A stretch of DNA of 64,000 nucleotides from Prevotella sp. (GTDB lineage: Bacteria; Bacteroidota; Bacteroidia; Bacteroidales; Bacteroidaceae), in NCBI GenBank assembly GCA_041855505.1, contig JBHAEI010000011.1, positions 15,452-79,451 of the forward strand, given 5' to 3'. The position numbers and the translations under genes are program-made. Shown here in pieces: positions 29,225 to 38,805 of the stretch. Within the stretch, counting starts at the first letter, position 1, and the number at the start of each line of letters is the position of its first letter. The notes beneath the pieces are model-generated. The model saw only the letters and a list, made by a program, of their open reading frames with translations. It had not been told where the DNA came from and ran no database searches.

Positions 29225-29420
29225 CGTTGTCAGTCAAATGATTAGAAAAGGGTGGAGATGTTGCCGGGTAAGCCGATTGTTTCTACTATTTGGATGAGGT
29301 AAAAAGTATAGAGAATAAAAGATTGTTAATACTTGCTGCGAGGATAATTCTTTTTGTTAATTATAGCTAACAGCTCAGTAAAAGGGGATGATGGTATAAA
29401 TAGAATTATCAAAATATCAG

Positions 29421-29428
29421 TAACTTTG
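29421..29428 (+). promoter_or_regulatory. -7 box of the rplU-rpmA promoter
   Basis: TAACTTTG about 85 nt before rplU. Confidence 0.7.
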
Positions 29429-29513
29429 CAACCGATTATGCCGTTTGGGCTCGAATAAGCGCAGGAAAGATGCTCTGCCGCCCGGCGGTGAAACCCGTTT
29501 ACAATAATAAAAA

Positions 29514-29831
29514 ATGTACGCAATTGTAGAAATTAACGGTCAGCAGTTCAAGGCTGAGGAGGGCAAGAAGCTCTTCGTAAACCACATTAAGGATGCGGAA
29601 GAAGGCAAGACTGTTGAGTTTGACAAGGTATTGTTAGTAGATAACAATGGCAGTGTCACAGTAGGCGCACCAACTGTTAGCGGTGCAAAAGTTGTAGCTG
29701 AGGTTGTAGCCCCATTGGTAAAAGGCGACAAGGTAATCGTTTTCAAGATGAAACGTCGTAAGGACTACAGAAAGAAGAACGGTCATCGTTCACAGTTCAC
29801 TCAGGTAGAAATCAAATCAATTAACGCTTAA
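29514..29831 (+). CDS. rplU: 50S ribosomal protein L21
   Basis: [13 protein letters not shown]...[10 protein letters not shown]. Confidence 0.97.
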   Translation: MYAIVEINGQQFKAEEGKKLFVNHIKDAEEGKTVEFDKVLLVDNNGSVTVGAPTVSGAKVVAEVVAPLVKGDKVIVFKMKRRKDYRKKNGHRSQFTQVEIKSINA

Positions 29832-29851
29832 AAAAGAGGAGGACTTTAAGA

Positions 29852-30142
29852 ATGGCTCATAAAAAAGGTGTCGGTAGTTCTAAGAACGGTCGTGAATCAG
29901 CTTCAAAGCGTTTAGGTGTAAAGATCTGGGGTGGCCAGAAGATTAATGCCGGTAACATTATTGTTCGCCAGCGTGGTAATCGTCACTATCCGGGCGAGAA
30001 TGTAGGTCAGGGCAAGGACGACACATTGTTTGCTCTTGCAGACGGTGTTGTTTACTTCCACAAGGGTAAGTTCAACAAGAGTACAGTTTCTGTACTTTCT
30101 GAAGAGGCTTACGCTGCCAAGACTGCAAAGCCTGAAGCTTAA
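29852..30142 (+). CDS. rpmA: 50S ribosomal protein L27
   Basis: [16 protein letters not shown]...IIVRQRG. Confidence 0.97.
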   Translation: MAHKKGVGSSKNGRESASKRLGVKIWGGQKINAGNIIVRQRGNRHYPGENVGQGKDDTLFALADGVVYFHKGKFNKSTVSVLSEEAYAAKTAKPEA

Positions 30143-30175
30143 GCAATAAAACAAACTATTCCAAACAAACAACAT

Positions 30176-30206
30176 AATCCCGATTTCTTTTATAGAAGTC
30201 GGGATT
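30176..30206 (+). terminator. Hairpin after rpmA
   Basis: AATCCCGATTTCT-TTTAT-AGAAGTCGGGATT. Confidence 0.65.
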
Positions 30207-30262
30207 CATGCGTTTTAATGGGGATATGTCTATAAGAATGACCTTTATAAGATAAGTATTGC

Positions 30263-30832
30263 ATGGAAAATTTAAGACTGTTAATGCTATTGCTCCCTGC
30301 TATTTTTATGATACACGACTTTGAGGAGATAATAATGTTTCGCTCGTGGTTGGCTAAGAATAGAGAAGAATTGCACAAGCGTTTTCCTGCAATAGCTACT
30401 TTTATGGAAAGACAGCAGTTGTTTGAGTTATCTACTTCTGCTTTTGCGGTAGCAGTGGCACATGAATTTGTGCTGATAACAGCCGTTTCCACTTTGGCTG
30501 TCTTCGCGCAATCGTATGGCTGGTGGTTTGCTGCTTTTATGGCCTACTTCCTGCATTTGTTTGTTCACATAGCTCAATGGATAGTTTATCGCAAGTATGT
30601 GCCGGTTATTATTACCAGTTTGGCCACCCTTCCTTATTGTGTTTATGTGTTTTGGCAGTTTGAGTCAGCAGATTTATTGTCCCCTCTTCAAATGTCCGTA
30701 TGGACTTTAATAGGTATTGTTGTAACAATTTTATCATTTCCATCAGCCTTTTATTTTTCAAAGAAGTTCAATCGGTGGGAGAAGACTCAGAGGAGGAATA
30801 AGTGGTTAAAGAAAACAAAAAGAAGGAATTAG
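30263..30832 (+). CDS. HXXEE domain membrane protein
   Basis: HDFEE motif near the N terminus; about 5 TM segments. Confidence 0.85.
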   Translation: MENLRLLMLLLPAIFMIHDFEEIIMFRSWLAKNREELHKRFPAIATFMERQQLFELSTSAFAVAVAHEFVLITAVSTLAVFAQSYGWWFAAFMAYFLHLFVHIAQWIVYRKYVPVIITSLATLPYCVYVFWQFESADLLSPLQMSVWTLIGIVVTILSFPSAFYFSKKFNRWEKTQRRNKWLKKTKRRN

Positions 30833-30916
30833 CAAGTTGTTAATGCCATTTTAATTCTATCTTTGTTTTCAATAAGCCTATTATTCGACAGTTTTTTACA
30901 TTAACCTTATTAATAT

Positions 30917-31630
30917 ATGAATGTACTAATAATTGGAGCAACTTCCGGTATCGGTAAAGCCTTGTGCGATAAATATGCTACCCTACATCATAAAATAGCA
31001 ATTGTAGGGAGAAGAGATCAGTTATTAAAAGAACTGTCTGCCAACTATCCTGAGTCGGTTACAGCTTATAAAGCAGATATTTCTGATGTTTTTGGATTTC
31101 GGCAAGTGTTGGATGAAATCTTTGATGACATGAAGGCAATAGATTTGGTTTATCTGTGTGCCGGGATAGGAGAGCTTAATCCTTCGCTGAATTATGAACT
31201 TGAAAAAGCTGTTATTCAGACCAATGTTGTTGGATGGACAGCAGCGGTAGATACTGTATTTAATTATTTTTATCTGCAGAAATACGGATATTTGGCTATT
31301 ATCAGTTCTGTAGGTGGATTACGTGGCGAGCCTGCAGCTCCATCCTATTCAGCTTCAAAAGCCTATCAAATGAATTATGCAGAAGCATTAAGAAAAAGGG
31401 CTATTAAGGAAAAGTTACCTATTTATATTACAGATATTCGTCCGGGACTTGTCGATACAAGAATGGCTAAAGGGGAAGGCTTGTTTTGGGTTATGCCGAC
31501 AACAAAAGTAGCATCACAAATAGTCAGAGCCATAAACAAGCGGCAAAAAATAACTGTTGTTACGCGGAGATGGAAGGTAATACATTATATTATGAAGCGC
31601 TTGCCGAATTGGCTTTACGATAGATTATAG
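30917..31630 (+). CDS. Short-chain dehydrogenase/reductase
   Basis: IIGATSGIG Rossmann motif, ISSVGG and YSASK (YxxxK). Confidence 0.9.
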   Translation: MNVLIIGATSGIGKALCDKYATLHHKIAIVGRRDQLLKELSANYPESVTAYKADISDVFGFRQVLDEIFDDMKAIDLVYLCAGIGELNPSLNYELEKAVIQTNVVGWTAAVDTVFNYFYLQKYGYLAIISSVGGLRGEPAAPSYSASKAYQMNYAEALRKRAIKEKLPIYITDIRPGLVDTRMAKGEGLFWVMPTTKVASQIVRAINKRQKITVVTRRWKVIHYIMKRLPNWLYDRL

Positions 31631-31752
31631 TTGTATAAGGAGAAAAGATGGTAGGAAAACCTTCTCTTCCACAAGATGAAAAACAATGAATTAAAATATT
31701 TCAGGCTGTTATTAAACTTCCGATTTGCTTCCTGTTTTAAAACGATTTTTTG

Positions 31753-31760
31753 TAACTTTG
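31753..31760 (+). promoter_or_regulatory. -7 box of serS
   Basis: TAACTTTG. Confidence 0.6.
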
Positions 31761-31796
31761 CTTTTATAAAAGTAAATATAAAAAGGAAAAGAGATT

Positions 31797-33086
31797 ATGC
31801 TTACATTGAAGCTCATCAGTGAAGAGACTGAACGTGTAATTAAAGGGCTGGAGAAGAAACACTTCGCCGGTGCTCGTGAAGCTATTGAAAAAGTTTTGGA
31901 ATACGACCGTTTGCGTCGTGAGACTCAGCAAAAGTTGGATTCCAATAAGCAGGAACAAAACCGGTTGTCGAAGCAGATTGGCGGTTTGATGAAGGAAGGC
32001 AGGAAAGAAGAGGCAGAAGCCATTAAGAATAATGTAGCAGAACTAAAGGCAGCCGATAAGGCTCTTCAGGAGATAATGGATAAAGCACAGGAGGATATGA
32101 CCGAAGTTTTGCTTACCATTCCTAACGTTCCTAACGATGATGTTCCGGAAGGTAAGGATGCTTCCGATAACGTTGTGGTGAAAGAAGGTGGAGTAAAACC
32201 CAATCTCCCGGAGAATGCTCCATGCCACTGGGACTTGCTCAAGAAGTTTAATCTTGTGGATTTCGACCTTGGTGTAAAGGTTACAGGGGCTGGTTTCCCC
32301 TTCTATATCGGTAAGATGGCACGTTTCCAGCGTGCTTTGGAAGCCTTCTTCCTCGATGAAGCCCGTAAGAGTGGCTACTTGGAAGTGCAGCCACCTTTGG
32401 TTGTTAATCAGGCTTCAGGGCAGGGAACCGGTCAGCTTCCGGACAAAGAGGGACAGATGTACCATGCTAATCTCGATGACCTTTACTTGATACCGACGGC
32501 CGAAGTGCCTGTAACAAACATCTTCAGAGACGAAATTCTCGATGAAAAGGATCTTCCCATCAAGCGTTGCGCCTACTCGGCCTGCTTTCGTCGCGAGGCC
32601 GGTAGCTATGGTAAGGATGTTCGCGGACTAAATCGTCTGCATCAGTTCGATAAGGTAGAGATTGTGCGTATCGACAAGCCGGAGCACTCTTACGAGTCGT
32701 TAAGCGAGATGCTCGACCACGTGGAAGGACTTTTAAAGAAGTTGGAGTTGCCTTATCATATTCTTAAGCTGTGTGGCGGCGACATGAGTTTCACCTCTGC
32801 TATCTGCTATGACTTCGAAGTTTGGAGCGCAGCACAGCAGAGATGGCTGGAAGTAAGCTCTGTAAGTAACTTTGAAAGCTATCAGGCCAACCGATTACAC
32901 TGTCGTTTCCGCCATGCTGCCGATAAGAAGATAGAGCTTTGTCATACACTGAACGGCTCGGCTTTGGCACTTCCGCGCATCGTTGCTGCCATTATAGAGA
33001 ACAACCAGACGCCTGAAGGTATCAGAGTACCCAAGGTGCTTATTCCTTATTGCGGTTTCGAAATTCTTGACGACAAGAACTTCTAA
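31797..33086 (+). CDS. serS: Seryl-tRNA synthetase
   Basis: N-terminal coiled coil; LIPTAEVP, FRREAGS, HQFDKVE and LNGSALA motifs. Confidence 0.97.
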   Translation: MLTLKLISEETERVIKGLEKKHFAGAREAIEKVLEYDRLRRETQQKLDSNKQEQNRLSKQIGGLMKEGRKEEAEAIKNNVAELKAADKALQEIMDKAQEDMTEVLLTIPNVPNDDVPEGKDASDNVVVKEGGVKPNLPENAPCHWDLLKKFNLVDFDLGVKVTGAGFPFYIGKMARFQRALEAFFLDEARKSGYLEVQPPLVVNQASGQGTGQLPDKEGQMYHANLDDLYLIPTAEVPVTNIFRDEILDEKDLPIKRCAYSACFRREAGSYGKDVRGLNRLHQFDKVEIVRIDKPEHSYESLSEMLDHVEGLLKKLELPYHILKLCGGDMSFTSAICYDFEVWSAAQQRWLEVSSVSNFESYQANRLHCRFRHAADKKIELCHTLNGSALALPRIVAAIIENNQTPEGIRVPKVLIPYCGFEILDDKNF

Positions 33087-33092
33087 ATATAT

Positions 33093-33130
33093 AATCCCTC
33101 TTATGCCTTGTTGCGTAAGAGGGATTTTTT
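33093..33130 (+). terminator. Intrinsic terminator after serS
   Basis: AATCCCTCTTATGC...GCGTAAGAGGGATT followed by Ts. Confidence 0.8.
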
Positions 33131-33185
33131 CCTTTTTACCGGTAACCATTCAATTAAAATTCTAACTTAAACCTTGATATTTCCT

Positions 33186-35531
33186 ATGAACAAGATTATT
33201 AGTAAAAAGCAATTTTCAGAGAAGGTTTTCTGTTTGGAAATCGAAGCACCTCTGATTGCTTATAGCTGTAAGGCTGGTAACTTCATCATTATTCGTGTAG
33301 ATAAGAACAGTGAACGTGTGCCTTATACGATAGCGAAAGCCGATGCCGAAAAAGGTATTCTGACGGTGGTTGTACAGGAAGTGGGCTTGTCTTCAACCAA
33401 ACTTTGCCAACTGGAGGAGGGCGATGAAGTAGCCGATATCGTAGGCCCATTGGGTACTCCCTCGCGTATCGAGAACTACGGTACAGTGGTTTGTGCCGGA
33501 GGAGGCATAGGTATTGCTGCCATCTTGCCTATTCTTACAGCTTTGAAGAAAGCCGGTAATAAGGTTATCTCTGTCTTGGCAGGCAGAACAAAGGAACTGG
33601 TTATCATGGTGGATGACGTAAAAGAGTATTCCGATGAAGTCATTATCATGACCGATGATGGCTCGATGGGGGAAAAAGGTGTTGTTACCGTTGGTGTAGA
33701 AAAGGTTATTCAGCGCGAGCATGTAGATAAAGTGCTGGCCATAGGCCCTCCTATGATGATGAAGTTTACTTCTTTGTTGGCAAAGAAGTATAACATTCCG
33801 AACGATGTCTCGCTGAATACCATCATGGTAGATGGTACGGGAATGTGTGGAGCCTGTCGTCTGACGATAGGCGGGAAAACGAAGTTTGTATGTATTGACG
33901 GCCCAGAATTTAATGGAGATGAAGTAGATTGGGATGAGATGTTCAAGCGTATGAGTACATTTAAGAATGTAGAACGCAATGACATGGAACATCTTTTGGA
34001 ACATCAATGCAAGGCAGAAAGTGGAAAGACTGTAAATGAAAGTATAGAGAGAGGAGGAGAGAAAGGGCTACCAACTGCTTCGTTGGCAGAGCTGACCGAC
34101 CGAAATGCGGAATGGCGAGAGGTGCTTCGTAAATCAATGAAGCCTAAGGAGCGTACCTCCTTGCACCGAGTGAATATGCCGGAACTCGACCCTACCTATC
34201 GTGCAACTACCCGTTTAGAGGAGGTAAATAAGGGATTGACACTCGAAATGGCAATGCAGGAGGCCAAACGCTGCCTTGATTGCGCAAAACCATCGTGTGT
34301 AGAAGGCTGTCCTGTGAACATAAACATTCCCGGTTTCATTAAGAATATAGAGCGTGGCGAGATACTGAATGCTGCCAAAGTACTGAAAAGTACTTCTGCT
34401 TTGCCGGCTGTATGTGGTAGGGTTTGCCCACAGGAAAAGCAGTGTGAAAGCAAGTGCATCCACCTGAAAATGAATGAACCCGCAGTGGCCATTGGTTATT
34501 TGGAGCGCTTTGCTGCCGATTATGAGCGTGAAAGCGGGAATATAGCTCCGCTGGAAGTAGCTCCTTCCAATGGCATAAAGGTGGCTGTGATAGGGTCGGG
34601 GCCGGCCGGATTGAGCTTTGCCGGCGACATGGTGAAGCTGGGATTTGAGGTTCATGTGTTCGAAGCCTTGCATGAGGTGGGTGGTGTATTGAAATATGGC
34701 ATTCCCGAATTCCGCCTGCCGAATAAGATTGTTGATGTGGAAATAGATAATCTGAAACGGGCAGGTGTGCATTTTCTCACAGATACGATTATCGGTAAGA
34801 CCATAACGATAGACGAGTTGAGGGAAAAAGGATTTAAAGGATTTTTTGTAAGTTCGGGTGCAGGCCTGCCGAATTTCATGGGTATTCCGGGCGAAAATGC
34901 CATTAACATTATGTCGAGCAATGAGTATCTTACCCGTGTAAACCTGATGGATGCAGCCAATCCTTTAACCGATACGCCTATCAATATCGGAAAGAAAGTA
35001 GTAATTGTTGGCGGTGGAAACACGGCAATGGATTCGTGTAGAACGGCTAAACGCTTGGGGGCGGATGTAACTTTAGTATATCGCAGGTCGGAAGCCGAGA
35101 TGCCTGCACGATTGGAAGAGGTGAAACATGCCAAGGAAGAAGGCATCCGTTTCCTGACACTCCATAATCCCAAAAAGTATCTTGTGGATGAGGAGGGGAA
35201 GGTAAAAGCTGTGGTACTGGATATAATGGAGCTTGGCGAGCCCGATGAGAGTGGCAGACGATCGCCGCAACTGACGGGACAGACAACTACTTTGGAATGC
35301 GACCAAGTAATCGTTGCTATAGGTGTATCGCCCAATCCACTTGTCCCAAAGTCTGTAAAAGGCCTTGAGCTTGGAAGAAAGAATACAATAGTGGTAAACG
35401 ACCGGATGCAAAGCTCATTCCCAGACATATATGCCGGCGGGGATATTGTTCGCGGCGGTGCTACCGTTATCCTCGCAATGGGAGATGGAAGGCGTGCAGC
35501 AAGGAATATGACGAAAACTCTTTTAGGATAG
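33186..35531 (+). CDS. Fused NfnA/NfnB-like protein (PyrK-like NAD-binding subunit plus GltD-like oxidoreductase)
   Basis: N part: GPLG, GGGIG, DGTGMCGACR and CIDGP. C part: RCLDC...C...CP, CGRVCPQEKQC, GSGPAG, GGGNTAMD and AGGD. ATG at 33186 preferred. Confidence 0.88.
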   Translation: MNKIISKKQFSEKVFCLEIEAPLIAYSCKAGNFIIIRVDKNSERVPYTIAKADAEKGILTVVVQEVGLSSTKLCQLEEGDEVADIVGPLGTPSRIENYGTVVCAGGGIGIAAILPILTALKKAGNKVISVLAGRTKELVIMVDDVKEYSDEVIIMTDDGSMGEKGVVTVGVEKVIQREHVDKVLAIGPPMMMKFTSLLAKKYNIPNDVSLNTIMVDGTGMCGACRLTIGGKTKFVCIDGPEFNGDEVDWDEMFKRMSTFKNVERNDMEHLLEHQCKAESGKTVNESIERGGEKGLPTASLAELTDRNAEWREVLRKSMKPKERTSLHRVNMPELDPTYRATTRLEEVNKGLTLEMAMQEAKRCLDCAKPSCVEGCPVNINIPGFIKNIERGEILNAAKVLKSTSALPAVCGRVCPQEKQCESKCIHLKMNEPAVAIGYLERFAADYERESGNIAPLEVAPSNGIKVAVIGSGPAGLSFAGDMVKLGFEVHVFEALHEVGGVLKYGIPEFRLPNKIVDVEIDNLKRAGVHFLTDTIIGKTITIDELREKGFKGFFVSSGAGLPNFMGIPGENAINIMSSNEYLTRVNLMDAANPLTDTPINIGKKVVIVGGGNTAMDSCRTAKRLGADVTLVYRRSEAEMPARLEEVKHAKEEGIRFLTLHNPKKYLVDEEGKVKAVVLDIMELGEPDESGRRSPQLTGQTTTLECDQVIVAIGVSPNPLVPKSVKGLELGRKNTIVVNDRMQSSFPDIYAGGDIVRGGATVILAMGDGRRAARNMTKTLLG

Positions 35532-35552
35532 CTGGTTGATATTATATATAAT

Positions 35553-35591
35553 AAAAAAAGCTTCTTACAAAAACATGTAAGGAGCTTTTTT
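35553..35591. terminator. Bidirectional terminator between convergent genes
   Basis: AAAAAAAGCTTCTTACA...TGTAAGGAGCTTTTTT. Confidence 0.75.
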
Positions 35592-35669
35592 ATAATGTAA
35601 GGGTTATCTCTTAAAAAGGGATTTGACGGACAACCCTTACCTATGGTATTATATTAATGTGGCGAAAGG

Positions 35670-36557
35670 TTAGTCTAAATCGCCGGGAGCAAAGGTGGTT
35701 GTGTTCCAGTCTCCGGTTTCTATTCCCTTCTTTAACCAATACATTCGTTGTTCGGAAGTACCGTGAGTAAAGGTTTCGGGTTGTGAATAGCCACGTGCTT
35801 TTTCCTGAAGATAATTGTCTCCAATCTTTTCTGCGCAATCAATCGCCTCTGCTAAGTCGCCATCCTCCAGACTTTGATATTCAGAATTGTCGTAATGTGC
35901 CCAGCAACCGGCATAGTAATCGGCCAAAAGCTCTAACTTCACACTTAATTTATTGGCTTCAGCCTGTGGTAAGCGAGCCATTTTTGCGTGTGCTTTAGCC
36001 AGAATACCTCGAAGATTTTCTACATGATGTCCTACTTCATGAGCTATTACATAGGCATGTGCAAAGTCTAAGTCGCCTTTAGCCTGTATGCCAAGTTCTT
36101 TCCGCATATTGATGAAGAAATCTAAGGCAAGGTATAGCTTTTGGTCGCCACTGCAATAGAAAGGCCCCATGGCTGCCGAGCCATTGCCACACGCAGTTTG
36201 CGTAGAGCCTCTATAGAGCACGATGGTAGGGAGCTGATATGTCAGTCCATGCTCCTCAAACTGTTTCTGCCATACATCCTCTGTACTTGCCAGAATCTTT
36301 TGAGAGAACTCTTTTAGCTTTTCTTCTTCCGACGAAGACTGTGTCTGACTGCTGCCATTTGTTTGATCTACCACCTGACTTTGCATTTGCTGCTGTACAA
36401 CATTAGACACAACATCTCCCAGATTTCCTCCACTCATAAAGGTCATTAAAGCAATGATAATGATACCTCCGATACCACCGATACCTGCTTTTGCACCGGT
36501 ACTCATGCCACGGCGATCCTCAATGTTATTACTCTTTCTACGTCCTGTAAGTCTCAT
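35670..36557 (-). CDS. Neutral zinc metallopeptidase (YpfJ family)
   Basis: GRRKSNNIEDRR N terminus; GPFYC, HEVGHH, ELLADYYAG and FTHGTSEQR motifs. Confidence 0.9.
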   Translation of the reverse strand: MRLTGRRKSNNIEDRRGMSTGAKAGIGGIGGIIIIALMTFMSGGNLGDVVSNVVQQQMQSQVVDQTNGSSQTQSSSEEEKLKEFSQKILASTEDVWQKQFEEHGLTYQLPTIVLYRGSTQTACGNGSAAMGPFYCSGDQKLYLALDFFINMRKELGIQAKGDLDFAHAYVIAHEVGHHVENLRGILAKAHAKMARLPQAEANKLSVKLELLADYYAGCWAHYDNSEYQSLEDGDLAEAIDCAEKIGDNYLQEKARGYSQPETFTHGTSEQRMYWLKKGIETGDWNTTTFAPGDLD

Positions 36558-36587
36558 AATATGAAATTTAATATTTAATTTAGTTTC

Positions 36588-37619
36588 TTATTTCTTTTGT
36601 TTGTCAAGTTTTATCAGTAATAAGCCGATAGCAGTCCAAATCAGTTCGCGAACTCGAACTATCAAAGCAACGAATGCACCGGCACTACCTGTCAGACCAA
36701 GTGCCGATACCGACATCATAAAGCCGCCTTCGCGTCCACCCAGTTGTAATGGGATAAAGAAAAGGAGGTTTGCAAAAAGCGTTGTAAAGGCTATGATAAG
36801 AATACAGCTAATGAAGTTTACACCGGGATAAAGTACCAAGAGAATGAACATAACTTCCAGTGCACTGCATACCCTACAGGCAAATTCAAGTCCTACTACA
36901 GTAATAAATATTTTCGGATTCTGGTTGTGTAATGATGCCACCTGCATGTCGATATCCTTCAGTTGTTCTGCGTGCGACTGGATAAATTTAGCTGCCCATC
37001 CTTTTACAAAAGGGATGTATTTAAGCATATTGAATAGTCTTACAGCCAGTCCCTTTTTATATCCGGAGAGGAAAAACCAAATAGCTGACAGGCAGAAAAC
37101 GGTTGTTAAGGTTAGAATAATGCCTTCGATAATGCTTACACGCTGCGTGCAAATAAAAAGAATGCAGGATAACAACCAAAACCAAAAATGGCTGAAGATA
37201 TGCGTCATGGCGTACAGTAAGACAGATGCTGATGCTTTCTCTGCTCCAATCTTGGGTGTTAAAGCCATAATTCTGTAGGGCTCGCCCCCCATTAAGCCTC
37301 CCGGAGTTGCGTAGTTGAGCGCAAAGCCGGAAACAGTTATCTTGTAAAGCCATGCATAGGATATTCTCTCCGAATGCTGTTCTGCATTGCTTTTTTTATT
37401 CCCGGCGTATTCTTCTTTCCGTTGCAAGCTACGGATAATGGTGTACCATGCACTTGTATTGAAATTATACAGGAGGCCCCACAATACGATTACAGCAAGA
37501 AACCAATAGCCGGCATGCTGCAGCCCTGCCCATACTTGCTTGAAGTCTAACTGCCAAATCATAATGGTCAGGACGACAATACCAAAGATGAAAAAGATAT
37601 TTTGGTATTTACTCTTCAT
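36588..37619 (-). CDS. Lysylphosphatidylglycerol synthase TM-domain (UPF0104 flippase-like) protein
   Basis: Multiple TM segments; NYATPGGLMGGE and PLQLGGREGG motifs. Confidence 0.8.
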   Translation of the reverse strand: MKSKYQNIFFIFGIVVLTIMIWQLDFKQVWAGLQHAGYWFLAVIVLWGLLYNFNTSAWYTIIRSLQRKEEYAGNKKSNAEQHSERISYAWLYKITVSGFALNYATPGGLMGGEPYRIMALTPKIGAEKASASVLLYAMTHIFSHFWFWLLSCILFICTQRVSIIEGIILTLTTVFCLSAIWFFLSGYKKGLAVRLFNMLKYIPFVKGWAAKFIQSHAEQLKDIDMQVASLHNQNPKIFITVVGLEFACRVCSALEVMFILLVLYPGVNFISCILIIAFTTLFANLLFFIPLQLGGREGGFMMSVSALGLTGSAGAFVALIVRVRELIWTAIGLLLIKLDKQKK

Positions 37620-37667
37620 AACTTTATTTCTCCTGTGGAGATGATGTTTCAGCTGATAAACTTTATC

Positions 37668-38783
37668 TTATTCTCCTTTTTGTTCTTTAGGAGCTGTATC
37701 GCGCTTTTTCACAGAGAAGCGCGCTTTCTCACAGTCTTCTTTTCTTTCTTTGTAAAGCTTGGGCAAAGGGTTAGCCATAGGGGCATCATAGAAAGCACGA
37801 TTACGATAGATGTCGATAGCCAAGAAGATAGCATGGCGAAAAGATTCTACGTCTGCAATATTCTTTCCTGCTATGGCAAGGCTGTTAGGAATGTCGGGGG
37901 CTGTTCTTATCAGTGGTAAACCTGCCGTATAGTTGATACCTCCGCTGCAAGTTAATGTCCTAAAAGGAATAAAGGCCTGTTCGTAATACATGGCAAGTAC
38001 TCCATCGAAAGCATCGAATTGGCAGTTTCCAAAAAAGGTATCGCCGGCATACGGCCCAAAAGCCTGTACACTGTGGGCGTCGGCAAGTTGCTCTATTGCA
38101 GGAAGGATGATATCCGTTTCTTCTGAGCCGAGTAAGCCATTATCTCCAGCCTTGGGATTGAAAGCCAATATGCCAATGCGTGGAGATGATAAACGGAAGT
38201 CGCGTTTCAGACTCTCATGTAAAATCTTGACCTGCTTTATAATCGACTCTTTTGTAAGACACTCGCTTACATCCTTTAATGGAAGATTGCGTGTACACAT
38301 ACCTATACGTAATCTTTCATTAACCAACATGGTTAAACCTTGTTCCTCAATGCCAAGGTGATCGGCTATATAACGGCTTTGCCCGCTGAAATGGAACTGT
38401 TCGTTATTATCTAAAGGTGCTGTAACAAGAACGTCGAATAATCCTTTCTGATAATCTTCCAACACTTTATCTATAGCCTTTAATGCGGCGTGTCCTGATT
38501 CTTCTGACGGTACACCAAGTTCAACCTTGATTTCCTCGTCGAAGATAGGGAGCAGGTTTACCCTTCCGTCCTTAGCTTCGGATGCATCGTTTATTATCGT
38601 GAAGTTAGCTTCTATATCTAAGGCATTACGATGATAAGTAGCTACTTTAGGCGAACCATAAATAATTGGAGTAAAGATATCCAGTATCTCGGCATCGGCA
38701 AATGTCTTGAAAATTAACTCGTAACCTATGCCGTTTGTATCGCCATGAGTTATTGCTATACGTATTTTCCTGTTATTTTCCAT
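37668..38783 (-). CDS. pdxA: PdxA-like protein lacking the metal-binding histidines
   Basis: AITHGDTNGIGYE, VTAP and NYTAGLPLIRT identify the PdxA family. GHTE has become GQSR, NPHAG has become NPKAG, and YHDQ has become YYEQ. ATG at 38783 preferred. Confidence 0.75.
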   Translation of the reverse strand: MENNRKIRIAITHGDTNGIGYELIFKTFADAEILDIFTPIIYGSPKVATYHRNALDIEANFTIINDASEAKDGRVNLLPIFDEEIKVELGVPSEESGHAALKAIDKVLEDYQKGLFDVLVTAPLDNNEQFHFSGQSRYIADHLGIEEQGLTMLVNERLRIGMCTRNLPLKDVSECLTKESIIKQVKILHESLKRDFRLSSPRIGILAFNPKAGDNGLLGSEETDIILPAIEQLADAHSVQAFGPYAGDTFFGNCQFDAFDGVLAMYYEQAFIPFRTLTCSGGINYTAGLPLIRTAPDIPNSLAIAGKNIADVESFRHAIFLAIDIYRNRAFYDAPMANPLPKLYKERKEDCEKARFSVKKRDTAPKEQKGE

Positions 38784-38805
38784 CTGTTTCAAGTATCTAT
38801 TTATT

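Noticed and set aside
34652-35428. Long antisense ORF (258 aa), and similar shadow ORFs at 14004-14741, 9552-10103, 33393-34007, 51318-51956 and 60177-60794
   Set aside because: They overlap well-supported genes, mostly on the opposite strand, and show no motifs. This is expected from codon bias.
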